The translations under genes and the position numbers were made by a program. Of a stretch of 64,000 bases of DNA, positions 26,127 to 39,786 are shown one piece after another. The number at the start of each line of letters is the position of its first letter. The stretch's first letter is position 1. Below the pieces are notes generated by a model that was not told the DNA's origin, did not search any database, and worked only from the letters and a program-made list of their open reading frames with translations. Source of the DNA: Podarcis gaigeae (lineage: Eukaryota); NCBI GenBank assembly GCA_964106915.2, contig OZ066919.1, one strand, 5' to 3'.

Positions 26127-26867
26127 GTAAGTTCGGCCTCCCGTGCAACTTTTTTTTGGGGGGGTGGGGTGGGGGTGCGAGTGAGAGGAAGGTGACGCTG
26201 CCGTCCAGCAAACGCGCTGAGAGACCAGGCCCTTGGAGATCAGGGGGAGTTGAAGAAAGGGGGCGTCGGTTCTCGGGCGGTGGGACCCTGCGAGCCGACT
26301 TTCTGGCTGCGAGCCGGAGGCGGCGTGCAGGGGCAGACTTAGGAGGGAGGGCGGGAGGGAGACGCCCGAGTGCCTGCCCTCTAAGGCAGCCCTTCTATGT
26401 GCAAGGAGTCTGGATTCGTGGACTGGGGTATGCATGGGAGCTGGCGTTAGCAGCGCTCACATTTCACTCGGGCGGGTTTAACCTTTCTGGAGTTCTGATC
26501 CTGCACATACCGCGCCTTAACTTGTCCCTGAGCTCACGGATTCGCTCCCTGCTCAGGCTTCCCAAGGGGAGCTTAGAAGCCCTGGTCTTATTTACGGTAG
26601 TACCCAGTTTGGAGCCCAAGGGTTGGAGGGGCTCGGGGTATTTCCCTAGGATTAATGGGTGGCCAGGAAAATGCCCAAAATTCTGTCCCTGCAAGAATGA
26701 GAAATGAATGAGGCTTATTTAGAGCTAAATGTCTTATTGAAAAGAGAAGAGCCCGTGTTCTCACCTACAAGAAAAGAAAAGAAAACCTCTAAGATATGTA
26801 CTTTTTCCTAAGTAGCTCAACAATACAGTTGTAACACATGGAACCTGCATTTACTTTCACTAAATGC

Positions 26868-27035
26868 CAGTGGCGTAGCGTGGGTTGTCAGCACCCGGGG
26901 CAAGGCAAGTAATTTGCACCCCCTAACCCATGGATTTGCACCCCCTAACCTGTGGATTTGTGCCCCCTAACCCTACCCCCCAGATGTTGCGCCCGGTGCG
27001 GCCAGCCCCCCTGCACCCCCCACGCTACGCCACTG
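26868..27035. mobile_element. hAT-type MITE family C with internal GCACCCCCTAACC repeats
   Basis: Perfect 17-bp TIR CAGTGGCGTAGCGTGGG; perfect 8-bp TSD CTAAATGC. Confidence 0.92.
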
Positions 27036-27106
27036 CTAAATGCACATGTTGGCACAACATGACAGGTCTTTCAAGTGGATCCCACCCCCTTTGGGCCAAA
27101 AGGAGA

Positions 27107-27427
27107 TGGTATGACCGACTCTGAGGTTGCGGCGCTCATCTCGCTTTATTGGCCGAGGGAGCCAGCGTACAGCTTCCGGGTCATGTGGTCAGCATGACTA
27201 AGCCGCTTCTGGCAAACCAGAGCAGCGCACGGAAACACTGTTTACCTTCCCGCTGAAGTGGTACCTATTTATCTACTTGCACTTTGACGGGCTTTCAAAC
27301 TGCTAGGTTGGCAGGAGCAGGGACCGAGCAACGGGAGCTCACCCTGTCGCAGGGATTCAAACCGCCAACCTTCTGATCAGCAAGTCCTAGGCTCTGTAGT
27401 TTAACCCACAGCACCACCCGTGTCCCC
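27107..27427 (-). mobile_element. Sauria SINE (3' tail missing)
   Basis: Reverse complement of head and core; low divergence. Confidence 0.9.
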
Positions 27428-29180
27428 ACTCAACGGCTGACAATACTTAAAGGCAGAGGGTTGATAGTAACAAAACAGAACTGAGCTGGCATCCATTTCG
27501 TAAGAAAGTGCAGTCTTGGATAGGTTGAAGGTCATAAATACTGAAGAGCATAAGAGAACCTTTTCCAATCTGGTGTCCTCCATCTGCTTTGGACTTCAAG
27601 TCCCATCAGCTCCAACCAGCACAGTTCTGACTCTACAGCTGTTGCTATAGGACAGGGATGGGGGATATGTTGCCCTCCAGACAAAGCAGGCAGACTGAGG
27701 CACCTGCCTCAGCTGGCAGGAGCCACCAAGGCACCAGATGTGATGCTGGTATTGGCTGAAATTGAAAGAGATCTTACAGAGAGTGCAAGATCTTGTGCAA
27801 TTTTGGTGAGATCTCACCCAAAATTGGTGCCAGTGCTGGCGCCGCTTCTACACCAGTGGGAGGGCAAGCAGAGAAGCAACACCAGTTCCAGCAGGTATGG
27901 CAGTGCCAAGGGCAGGCAGGGCAAGGCAACATTTCCTGTTTCTCCAGACTGTCCCCAGGTGTCACTGGACTACAACTCCTATCATCTCTGACAACTGGCC
28001 GAGTGGGTTGGGACTGATGGGAGCTGGTGTCCAGTGATACCTGGTAGCTTCCCATACCTGCATCAGTGGGGACCTCATGAAAAAATTGGCCGATTAAAGC
28101 AGTGGATCATGGGAACAATGCAGCATCAAAGACTAATGACAACACAATGACTTGCTTTCTGTGAAGCAGTATTAGTGTTCATGCCTTCTCCGATGTGCAG
28201 TATTTGCCTACTTGGTTATTTCTGTGTGCACCTCAATTTTTGTGAATATGGCTCTTCTCCCTATAAGCAACAGATTACATTTCACATTCCATTATGTTGT
28301 CTGGCCAACTCTATAGCTCACTAAGTCTCTATCGCCTACCTGCCTCTTTGTGGGGGGAAAAATGGTGGTATAAATCAGTCTTAAGAGGTTTTCATTTTGG
28401 GGCATAGGCCAAAAACGTATGTGACTTAAAAAGAGAGAGGCATCCATTGATGGCTCCCCCCTCCCTTAAAAAAAAAGAGTAAGGGAAGCACTAGACTTGA
28501 GATCTTAAAATGGGTTTTGGATTCTTTGAATGGAATAAATAGCCTTAGTAGCATCCAATTATGCGGCTTGGATAATAATACAAATAGTTCCTGAAGGAGC
28601 ATGGTATAATTAAATAAGTAGTTCTCCTGTGCTGTGTTAGGATCTCTTTTTGCATGTCCTCCCCCCCCCCACCCCCAATGAGTGTGGAAGCATTTGTGCA
28701 TGGCTTGATCAGGCCATCTGTTGTGGTGATGGTACGGTGAAGATGGTGTTTTGCTCTATTGCAGCATTATCCATCCTATATAAAATCTTTTTCTTATGTG
28801 TCCTGCCAATTTATAGACCTGGAAAACAAAGGGCAGGATCTCAGTAGAAACAGGGCCCATATCCCTTAATGCCTTTGTTTTCAGTTCAGTCCCTATTTCC
28901 TTCTACACTTTCCCCACATATTTGGCCCAAATTGGGTGTAGTTCAAATCTACACCAGTTCAGCATTTGGGCTGTTGCTGCTTACTTTGTTAAGTTAAGTC
29001 AATTATGCTTGCAGCTTGGTCTTAGCTCCCCCTCCACCCCTGGAAATAATGGAAACAGTACTTCGATGAGTATTGTGGTGCTGTCATGAACTGCTGAATG
29101 AATGTACATCTTAGATAGGATTATATAGTTCTGGAGGGAGGAGTCGGTTGATGTGACTGGCTAGTAAACAGACTGTAGGT

Positions 29181-29463
29181 CAGGGGTCAGCAACCTTTTT
29201 CATCCGTGGGTCGGTCCGCCGTCCCTCAGACCATGTAGTGGGCCAGACTATATTTTGAAAAAATAATAATGAACAAATTCCTATGCCCCACAAATAACCC
29301 TGAGATGCATTTTAAATAAAAGCACATATTCTACTCATGTAAAAACACCAGGCAGGCCCCCCAAATAACCCTGAGATGCATTTTAAATAAAAGGACACAT
29401 TCTACTTATGTAAAAACACGCTGATTCCTGGACCGTCTGCGGACCGTAGGTTGCCTACTCCTG
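29181..29463 (+). mobile_element. hAT-type MITE family D, copy 1 (with internal tandem duplication)
   Basis: CAGGGGTCAGCAACCT...AGGTTGCCTACTCCTG; homologous to 43780-44033 and 51936-52181. Confidence 0.85.
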
Positions 29464-30911
29464 CTGTACGATGACGTTTTAGCTTGACGCTTCATTCAAT
29501 TTCTACCAGCGATGTAGGATGCCATAGTGATCACTTCCTGTAAGTGTCTCTGGCCCAAACTCACTAGACCAGGCCTCTTGGCTTTTCAGAAGGCAGGAAC
29601 AAGTGTAGAAACAGAGGTCATGGAAAATAGTTGCTCCCTTGTGGAATAATAATGCATTATTAATTTATTTTTATTTTTTATTTATGCTTCCATCATAGTC
29701 CAAAATATGAACAGCTGCAGCTCTGCCCCCCCACCTCATTTGTTTGCAGATTTCACATAGGTTTCATTTTCCCTGCACTTGCATTTGGACGGCCGAGTTT
29801 TGTAGTTCTTCAGCTGTAGTGGTGCAACGAGTGACTAGCGCTAAAGCTATATCCCTTGCCTGCAAGTGCCTTTCATGTTTGAGCATTTAATTCTCAAGAA
29901 TGCTATATGCAATGATTTTAGCAGCTTTGATCCTATCAACTGAGCAGTTGCTGGGCCTGTTGTCCACTGGTACCACCTAGGTGTCATAATGCAGCACCAA
30001 TACACCAAAACAGGGGCAAGTGTGACTCTTTTTGCTGTTGTTGTAATGCTGAAGCATCCTAAAAGGCCTAATCTAGTTTTGTATGGGCCTGTGTCGGTAT
30101 GTAGACATACTTGGGCCTAATAGCAAAACAAAATACTGATCTCGGTGCATGTATATTCTTGGTTGGCATGATATGCTAAACTGGAATAACCCTTAGAGAG
30201 ATTTTAAGTTTCAGACTTCTGCTTTGTAATGCATTGGCATTTGCTTTTGAGCTGATTGTATTTAACTCTGGGTTAATGGTACTGATAATAAAAAACTATT
30301 AACATGTAGAGAACAACTGTTCTTTGGTATATAGTTTGGTGGTGAACTTGGACCAAATTACTTTTTAATTTTTATAAAAAAATTGACCTCTTTCAGTTGT
30401 TGTACCAGATAATTGTAGAAATTAATAAACTCCCAAGATTCATTTTCTTTAAACCAGTAAGTTCTACCTAAGAACCTTAGCACAACCTGGTTTTCTGCAT
30501 AATCCAGCTTGACATTTATTTGTTACTGTCATTGTAGTGGAGAGGTACTTAGTACTGTGGAGGTTACTGATAACACACCCAGATGAGAAGTGTATTTTTT
30601 AAAAGAAAAAACCATATTTAACTATATTGGGTTGTATTATATTAAAGATGAATAGTTCAATGAAAAGTAATACAGTATGTTGTCTGCTTCTCTCCCCCCC
30701 CCCCCCAATTAATTGGCTAGCTTTGCACATGGATTGCACATGGATTGTGGCATTTATCATTGTGGCTTGCATGTGAGCTGATCTTAATGTTTTGCAAGAC
30801 AAGCCTAGATGATTGTGATTTTTTTAGGTCTTGGATAGTTCATAGTAGCTGATGCCAGATCTGTTGTCCTGCATGATGCCAGAGCCTGTGCCACTGTTTG
30901 CTACCGACTAG

Positions 30912-31076
<165 letters not shown>

Positions 31077-33084
31077 TAAATGGGAGTCTTACTGAGTGTT
31101 AACTTGGGAGATACTATGTGGAGCTGAACATTGTAGCTAAATACATCATGGTCCTTATGATTCTGTTTCTAGCACCTCATATTGCCTGTGTTTGGAAAAG
31201 CTTCCTGAAGAAATGAAACTTAGTTGCAAAATTTCTGCTTGTACAGGATAAACTCCAGAGTATCCCAACACTAAAATTCTGGATTTCTAGGAAATGACTC
31301 AAAACACATTGGGGTGTGTGTGTGTGTGTGGAGAGAATTGTGTGGTTTATTGGGGTTAGGCATGCCAAGGGCTTGTGCAGGCTTAATAGGATTTCCCCCT
31401 AATTTACCTTGAACAACCGCCCCCAATGCAACACCTCAAACCAATTTTGTAAATTGCTTTGATTTCAGAACTGGTTTGCTCTGCAACATACAGGGGCACT
31501 GATATGGAAACACAAACACAAAGTCCCCCTTGGGGTGTATGCAACTAGTTTTATGGTTCTTTGGGTCCTTCCAACGTGAGGGGAACTCTGCTAGATCAAA
31601 CCAAAAGACCATCTCATCGGGCAATTCTGTTCACTCAGTCCCCAAGCAGGACACACACATAATTGCCCTTGTCTACTCATAACCCCCATTACCTGGTAAT
31701 TAGAGGCATATTGCCTCTGATATTGGAAGTAGCATATAGCCATTGCTACTAGAAGCAACTGATAGCCTTATCCTCCATGCATTTGCCTAACCCTCTTTCA
31801 AAGCTATCTAAGTTGGTGACTCAGAGTTGGAAGGGCTACTTTGTACTAGATCTCCCACTAGATCTTTGTTTGTTCTAGATCTTCTTTATTGCAGAAGCCT
31901 GCTGGCAGTGGCGTCGCTGCCACTTACTGGTAGGAATGAGATGGTGAGGTTGGGGTTGTGAGGACATACCAGGAGGAGCCCTGAATTGCTTCATCTGGTT
32001 TGTCCACAAGCCATGACCTTGCTGCCTTTTCACCCCTGCCATTACATAGCAGCATTGCACTGCCTCTGCCCCACCAGGCAAGCCACTCTTGGGTTCTGGT
32101 ATTCTGAGAGAGGGAGAGAAATCTCTCTTTTTCGCTGCTTTTTCTACACCGTGCTTAATTTTATACATCTCTGTTGTGTGTCCTGCTCCCCGACCTTTTC
32201 CCTAAATTAAGCAACCCCCAATGTTGTAGGAAGTTGCTCACAGAAGAATCGTTCTGCTAAGGCGAAGTAACATATTTATTTAACCAATCAAAGCATTTAC
32301 ACACCACTCTTACAAACACTAAAATGCAGATTATTTAAAGCAACACGTTTAGTAACAGCAAATAACAAATACAGTAAAAGCATCATTAATGAAATAGAAT
32401 ATATATTTGCTTTAATATGGACTATAACTCACCCATTGTTTGGAAGCTAGCAAAAGAAAGTACGGTAGTTACAGAATGCATCAGACCTGTTCCTTGCAAG
32501 TTCAAATGTGACTTTTTTGTTTTTAAATATACTGTTTAAGAGAACCAGGAAAAGATACTGTTAATTTTTCTGACATGTTTGTCTATGTGAGCATCATAAG
32601 GTAAACAGACATTGCCGTCAAGAAGATACTGTAGAACATAGTTCTGTTAATGGGAATGTAAGGGAGAAGGCACCCTTAGATACATGGGGCTCAGTTTCTA
32701 TCCACTTGTAAGAGACTGCCATACGCCTACCTATTTTATGTTCCCTTTTTGGACATAGGCTTTTGACAAAATCAGTTGTCAGCCATGTTAACAATGAAGA
32801 GAAATTCTTGTCACATTGCAAGATAAGTTAGAAAATGTGTTAATGTGCCATTTTTGGTGATCTGCAGAGAACCTCATGAGTGAACACTGCTAATTGGGAT
32901 GTTTTTGCTTCTAAGCAGTGAGTTTGTAGAATTGGGTCATCAGTTTAATATTTCCCATAATTCCCTGTTGGGCATATCCTAATTTCCCCTAATTCCTTAT
33001 AATGTTTTGAATGTGGGCAGCCCTATTTCCCCAAGACACCAGAACATATCAGAGGAGTCCAGCTCTCCCAGGCATTTTCCCTCA

Positions 33085-33470
33085 GGTCAAAAGGTTAAGG
33101 ATCCCTGGACGGTTAAGTCCAGTTGAATTCAACTATGGGGTGCAACACTCATCTCCGCTTTTCAGGCTGAGGGAGCCGGCGTTTGTCCACAGACAGCTTT
33201 TCCAAGTCATGTGGCCAGCATGACTAAACCGCTTCTGGTGCACAGAACACATTGATGAGTGCCAGAGCACACAAAAACGGCATTTACCTTCCCGCCACAG
33301 TAGTACCTCTCCATCTGCTTGTACTGGTATGCTTTCAAACTGCTAGGTTGGCAAGAGCTTGGACAAAGCAATGGGAGCTCAGCTCATCATGCGGATTCGA
33401 ACTGCCAACCTTATGACTGGCAAGTTCAAGAGGCTTGATGGTTTAAACCACAGCGCAACCAGCTCCCCTG
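33085..33470 (-). mobile_element. Sauria SINE, full length, more diverged
   Basis: Head/core/tail present; 10-bp TSD TTTTCCCTCA. Confidence 0.88.
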
Positions 33471-36403
33471 TTTTCCCTCATTAGGTACCCTTTAAGGCAA
33501 GTATCACCTTTTCCAGCTTGTCCAAGCATAGCTATTTAAAATGGACAAGTTCCTGAGACTCCCTGGTTGCAGGCAATTTTGTTGCTGGAATGCCACCAAG
33601 GAGGAGATGAGGATGCTTTCTTCCCAACACACCAACACTTCTTGGAGGATTACATTGGCCTTGGACTTCTGTTTCAGGAGGAGCTCTAGCCAGTGTTGTT
33701 CCAACTGTGTTTTGAGTTCTCCCTCCTTCCTTTTGTGTGTGTGTGGGTTTAAATGCATTATATTGTATTTCCACTGATTTCAGGGCTGAAATGATAAGGA
33801 AGGCGCTTTCTAAGGGCATTACCATTGGATAGTTTAATAAATGTTAAATGAATGGGTGCACCTGACACAATAAAATCTCTGTGCCAATAACTGCTAGACA
33901 GAGGAATAGCAGATCAGAGTCTAGCAGGAATGAACTAATCCAAAGCAAAACCCCCACACTGACTGTCATTTACACACACACACCCCTTCAAAATCACTGC
34001 TGGAGGACCTAATTGTGCATAGGGAAAGCTGTCTGGACAGCACTGTACTTGTAAATTCTCGGTGCTCTGTGATTTGTTTTGGGAAGGAGGGTTATGCCCT
34101 TCATAGCAAACTTAAAAGCTGCAACTGACTTGATGCATCTGTCATCTGTTGAGAGACATATAAGCATGTGAAATATGTTTTTAAAATTATTTTATTAAAT
34201 TTGTATACTGCCCTTCAGTTGTAGATCTGAGGGTGGTTCGCAGCATGAAAATACAGGATAAAAGCACAAAAGGCATAATAAAGATAAGACAGTAATGCAC
34301 ACAAACCAATAGCCCCTCCCTTCCTTTTTGCTGCTTGCTCTCCTCTTTCCCTTCCACTATCTATGTTCTGCTAAGTCCTAGTCAAGGTGGTGTTGGGGTT
34401 CAATGCCACTGCAAAAAAACAAGAGACTGGATCAGATTGTGGGGGGCATTCATAGGTCCTTTTGCCATGCCAAATCAGGAGATTACCTTTCTTGGAAAGT
34501 AAGAAGCTAGCAATATTAAATGATTTGTATGTTAGGGATCTACCACAAGACTTGTCAGATGAGTACAGACATGGCCAAAGTTAGAATGAAATCAATCTTA
34601 CACTCAGTGTATGTAGGATATGAGCATGGTTCTATCTCTGCAACTTTGCTTCCCTGCCAACATCTGATAGCTATAAATAGAGGCAAGTCTGTGAAGTCTA
34701 TTGAGATGCCTTTGACAAGAAGAACAAATTGGGAGGAGTGGTAGTGGTTCTAACAGAGAAAACACAGAACAAAGTATCTGGTGAATAGTCTCTTGGAATA
34801 ATGAATTGTGTTGTGTATGAGTCGAGAAGCACTTTAGATGAAGGAGGCTTTTGCTCTCATTCTCTGAGCTGTTCTTGCTGCTTGACTTCTGGATTATTAT
34901 TTGTGTTTTAGTATATCACAGAACCCTGCTACCTTTTGGTTGGGGGGTGGGATTCACACCTGTTCTGTCATGGCCATGCCTTCATTGCAGGGAGCCCTAT
35001 ATACTTAGGTGTTGATGGTTAAATTACTATCTGGACAAGTCCTTAGATCCTTCTTAAACTGCAGCCTGTGAGCTTAACAATGTCTTTTCTAAGAGGTATG
35101 TTAAACATAAAAAGCTAGCGATTAGACAGACTTGGGAACATTAATTTTTCTCTGTTTAAGCCCCGTGGTAAGTTTGCATTTTTCAATGGAATCATAGCTG
35201 CCTTTTTCTACCCTCTAAATTATCAGATGATTTCTGTGGGCTCTTGCTTATTAAAATAAGCAGAATAGCTTCACATAACCTGCAAACCATTTGATCTGTT
35301 GCAGATAAGCAGATTGGCTTTATAGTTCTTGTCTGCAATGTGGAAACCTCCTGATTTTAATGTCGGTAAACACAGTTTTATGTTGGAAGCTGTTGCTGAG
35401 GGCTCAAGCTACAGAACTTCTGACTTCAGTGCCAGCCTGGTTCAAATGGCACATGTGGGAAAAGGCTAGAGGCTATTTATATAATGTAGAGAGCTGCTGG
35501 TGTTATACCACCCGATAGCAGCTAGATGGAGAACTGTAATAGCTCTTCTTAGTGACCAAAAATTATATCCAAACAGCTAATAAGCGCTCCCTGCGCAAGA
35601 TATATTTGGTCTCTTTGAAGATGGGGTATGTATATTTGTACTACATTTGTACAAAGTCCCAGCCCAACCAATTTTCTCCATGAAATGAAAATTGCAATTC
35701 TGTGCATCAGCAAAGTCACTGCTTTGGAAAGCTGAGTCTTTGGAAAGCAGAAGGTGGAAAAAAACTCTGATCCTGCAAAGTGGTAGCTGCCAGAACAGTC
35801 CCAGTAAGTTTCAAGGCAGGAGGTGTCTTTCAGAGACGTTTCCACCTTGTATCTGTTTTGGTAGGAAGTTGGTTTAATACTTTTAGAGGAAACCTACAGA
35901 GTGTACCCCAAAGCTCAAGTATGTAATTAAAAACAGAGAGGTGCTACTTATCTTTCTTTCAAGGAAATGTCTTGTTCAAGTCATGTCAAAGCATCTCTAC
36001 CACACATGTATCTTTTTGAAAGCTGTATCAGTACCCAAGAGGTTTGCTCCATCAGAGTAAGGGTGAAATGTACTATCGCAGCAAGCCATATAGAGAAGGC
36101 ACCACCTGTCATCAGGCCTTACGATAAGTGTGTTCTGATTAGGATAAGCAAAGATGCAGATATGGTTTTATTCCCCAATGAGAAGAGTAACATGATTCTA
36201 TCATGGAAAGGCTGGAGCTAGGCTCTGGTTGTTGGTTTGAGGTGTTTTTCCCCAGAGAGCTACAGGAACTTTGGAAAGGGGTTTGTTTGCTGTTTGGTGT
36301 GTGCATTCATCTCACTTTGATACACAGGTGCTGCAGGGTTTTGTTCTGCTTCAAAAATCTTGCACAATCTATTTGACCTGAAGTGAAGAGTAGGGCAAAA
36401 TAA

Positions 36404-36808
<405 letters not shown>

Positions 36809-36954
36809 TAAAATGCTCCTTGGATAAGAGACACTTCTCTCCCTAAACACTGCTTCCCTAAACTCTCTAATTCAGTTTATCCTTGGGACAATCCAGAGGA
36901 GCAGCTCACACAACCATATTATGCACTGAGTGGATCTGGACGGTGCCTGATATA

Positions 36955-37179
36955 CAGTGGTACCTCAGGTTATGTACTTAATTGGTTCCAGAGGTCTGTT
37001 CTTAACCTGAAGCACCACTTTAGCTAATGGGGCCTTCTGCTGCTGCTGCACCACCAGAGCATGATTTCTGTTCTCATCCTGAAGCAAAGTTCTTAACCTG
37101 AGGTACTATTTCTGGGTTAGCGGAGTCTGTAACCTGAAGCGTATGTAACCTGAAGCGTCTGTAACCTGAGGTACCACTG
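36955..37179 (+). mobile_element. Tc1/mariner-type MITE copy 3 (SYPL2 intron 4)
   Basis: Complete TIRs, TA TSD. Confidence 0.9.
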
Positions 37180-37621
37180 TACAAGTATTTTCCTGCAGTG
37201 CTGTAACATGACAAGCTGCGCCTTCTGGTATTCCTGCTTCTACCCAACTATTTAATGTACAGGAACCTTTACCTTGGTCACCCCTCATTTTAGGGTGGAA
37301 TCTTTGGCCTTCTTTAGTTGGAACAGCATTCCCGCTCCCCCTAAGTGGCACAAAGACTAGTTAAAAACTATCTAATGCTGTCATTAAACTCCTTCCCCTT
37401 GGGGTTGCATGGAGCCACTTGAATTGTGATGACCCCATATCACTTGCAGATCCTTTCAGAGTGTCTTAGGTGGCTGTGGAAAAATTGGATGTGGCTATTT
37501 TGGCACATGTAGACCCACCATGTGAAGGGCCTGAGAGATGGAATGGGGCAATAACCCAACATCGAGGGCCCTCAATGCTTGCATCTTTTGGGTGGAATAG
37601 GGAGGACAGTCTGGTCTATGA

Positions 37622-38011
<390 letters not shown>

Positions 38012-39630
38012 TGAGTAACTTAAAGCTACAGGTAGTGATGTAGGTGCAGTTTTCAGCTTCTGTTCTGTTCGTAATGTATAACGACACAACAAATAGCTAC
38101 TAACTAATGGATCTTAACCTTTTTTTTTAAAAAAATGCAGTTGGTATCTTTATTTCCCAAGAACAGCCTGTCTGCATGTACTGAATATAAAGCTCCTGAT
38201 TCTTTTTTAAATTATGGGCATTTCACAGTTTTCTACAGCACTGGCAGCAGTCTTGTCAAATCTGTACTTAAATAAGTACTAGTACAGTGGTTGCTGGTTT
38301 AAATTGCATATGTGATGGAGTACAGCAGTGCCTAAAATATATGCACCTTAGTGATGACCTAACTACAGATTTCAGCCCCTGAAGAGCAGACAAACAGACA
38401 GGGCATCTGTTCAAGGCCATTTTTTAATGGATTAATTGATTCTAAAATAACTATTGACCTCATTTGGTCCTTGCCTTCACAAATGTGGATGAGAATCACC
38501 AGTCACCACTGTTCACAAACACTTACTGAAAACTAGTGAAAATTTGACTTTTTATTCTTTGTTGATCAAAGTGATGAAGTAGACAAAAGAAAATTAAAGG
38601 GCATTAAGGAAGAACACGTGAGCATACTAAGTTTTTGCATGGGCCTTAAGATTTGCTTTGTATCTGCTTATAAAAACAATTAGGCTCTGTTTTTGAGTCT
38701 CTCTATCCACTTCAAACTGTGATTCAGGTTTTATGCTGCTCTGTATAAAATGGAGCTCTGTGTTCCCCATTCACTGTTATGGGAAATCTGAAAATGGCTA
38801 TAAACTTTTTTCCCCTTTTGGCAGAAGCAGATGAGCCCCTCCAGAGTGGATTAAGTCTACCAAACTGCAGGCCCAGGAGCCTTTATAGGGAAAGTAAAAG
38901 GGTTTCACTTTCCTGCATACGCCATACTAGGGCAATGCTTTTATAAGGCCAACTAAAACACCAAAATCTAGTTATCTTTTGGGGGTAGGAGGTGATTTTG
39001 TCTCTTGTTCTTTCATACCTTAAAATAATGAAAAGGTGGCCAAATGGTGTATATTCTTGCTTGTACATTGATGAAACTATTAGCATCTTCACACTGGCCA
39101 GCTTAGCTTTCCCAGTGCTTGTTTGTGTTAGGATGTTATGTCCTCCAATAGGAGGTAGAAGGTGAGGCTGTCCTTAATACTTCCTGCAAAGTGCTGAGGA
39201 GCTCCAGATTACTCCCCCCCCCCAAACAGAGCAGCAGACGTGTGTGTGAAACAGAGTCTAACTTACTTTTAAAAAATCCACTGTTCTGCTTTAACAACAA
39301 CAAAACCACCAAAAACATCCACAGCTCTTCAGTGCTCCAAGGTCAGCATTTAGACAAACTCGCTTCTTGCAAAGCCCAAGGACCTAGAGTAGAGAAACAT
39401 AGACAAACATAGGCATATAGGGCACTGAAAAACAGAGCAACATGAGGTTTTGTAACACACTGATCCAGCTTAGGGCATTTTATTGCTATCGCAGTTTGAT
39501 TCCGAAAGGGTTAAAAGAGCTCCATATCAACCCAATTTGCCTCATTATTTGGCTCCAGCCCAGAGTGGTTGCACTCCTCTACAACATACAGTCTGCTCAG
39601 ATAGCTCGGCTACAAGTGCTTCTACATTAA

Positions 39631-39786
<156 letters not shown>

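Larger units (their letters stand above)
25340..26540 (+). promoter_or_regulatory. CpG-island promoter of SYPL2
   Basis: CpG/GC-dense block spanning exons 1-2. Confidence 0.85.

Noticed and set aside
25356-26707. Long overlapping ORFs (168-248 aa) on both strands
   Set aside because: Stop-poor GC-rich CpG island of SYPL2; low-complexity Arg/Gly/Pro translations; only the two short SYPL2 exons are supported
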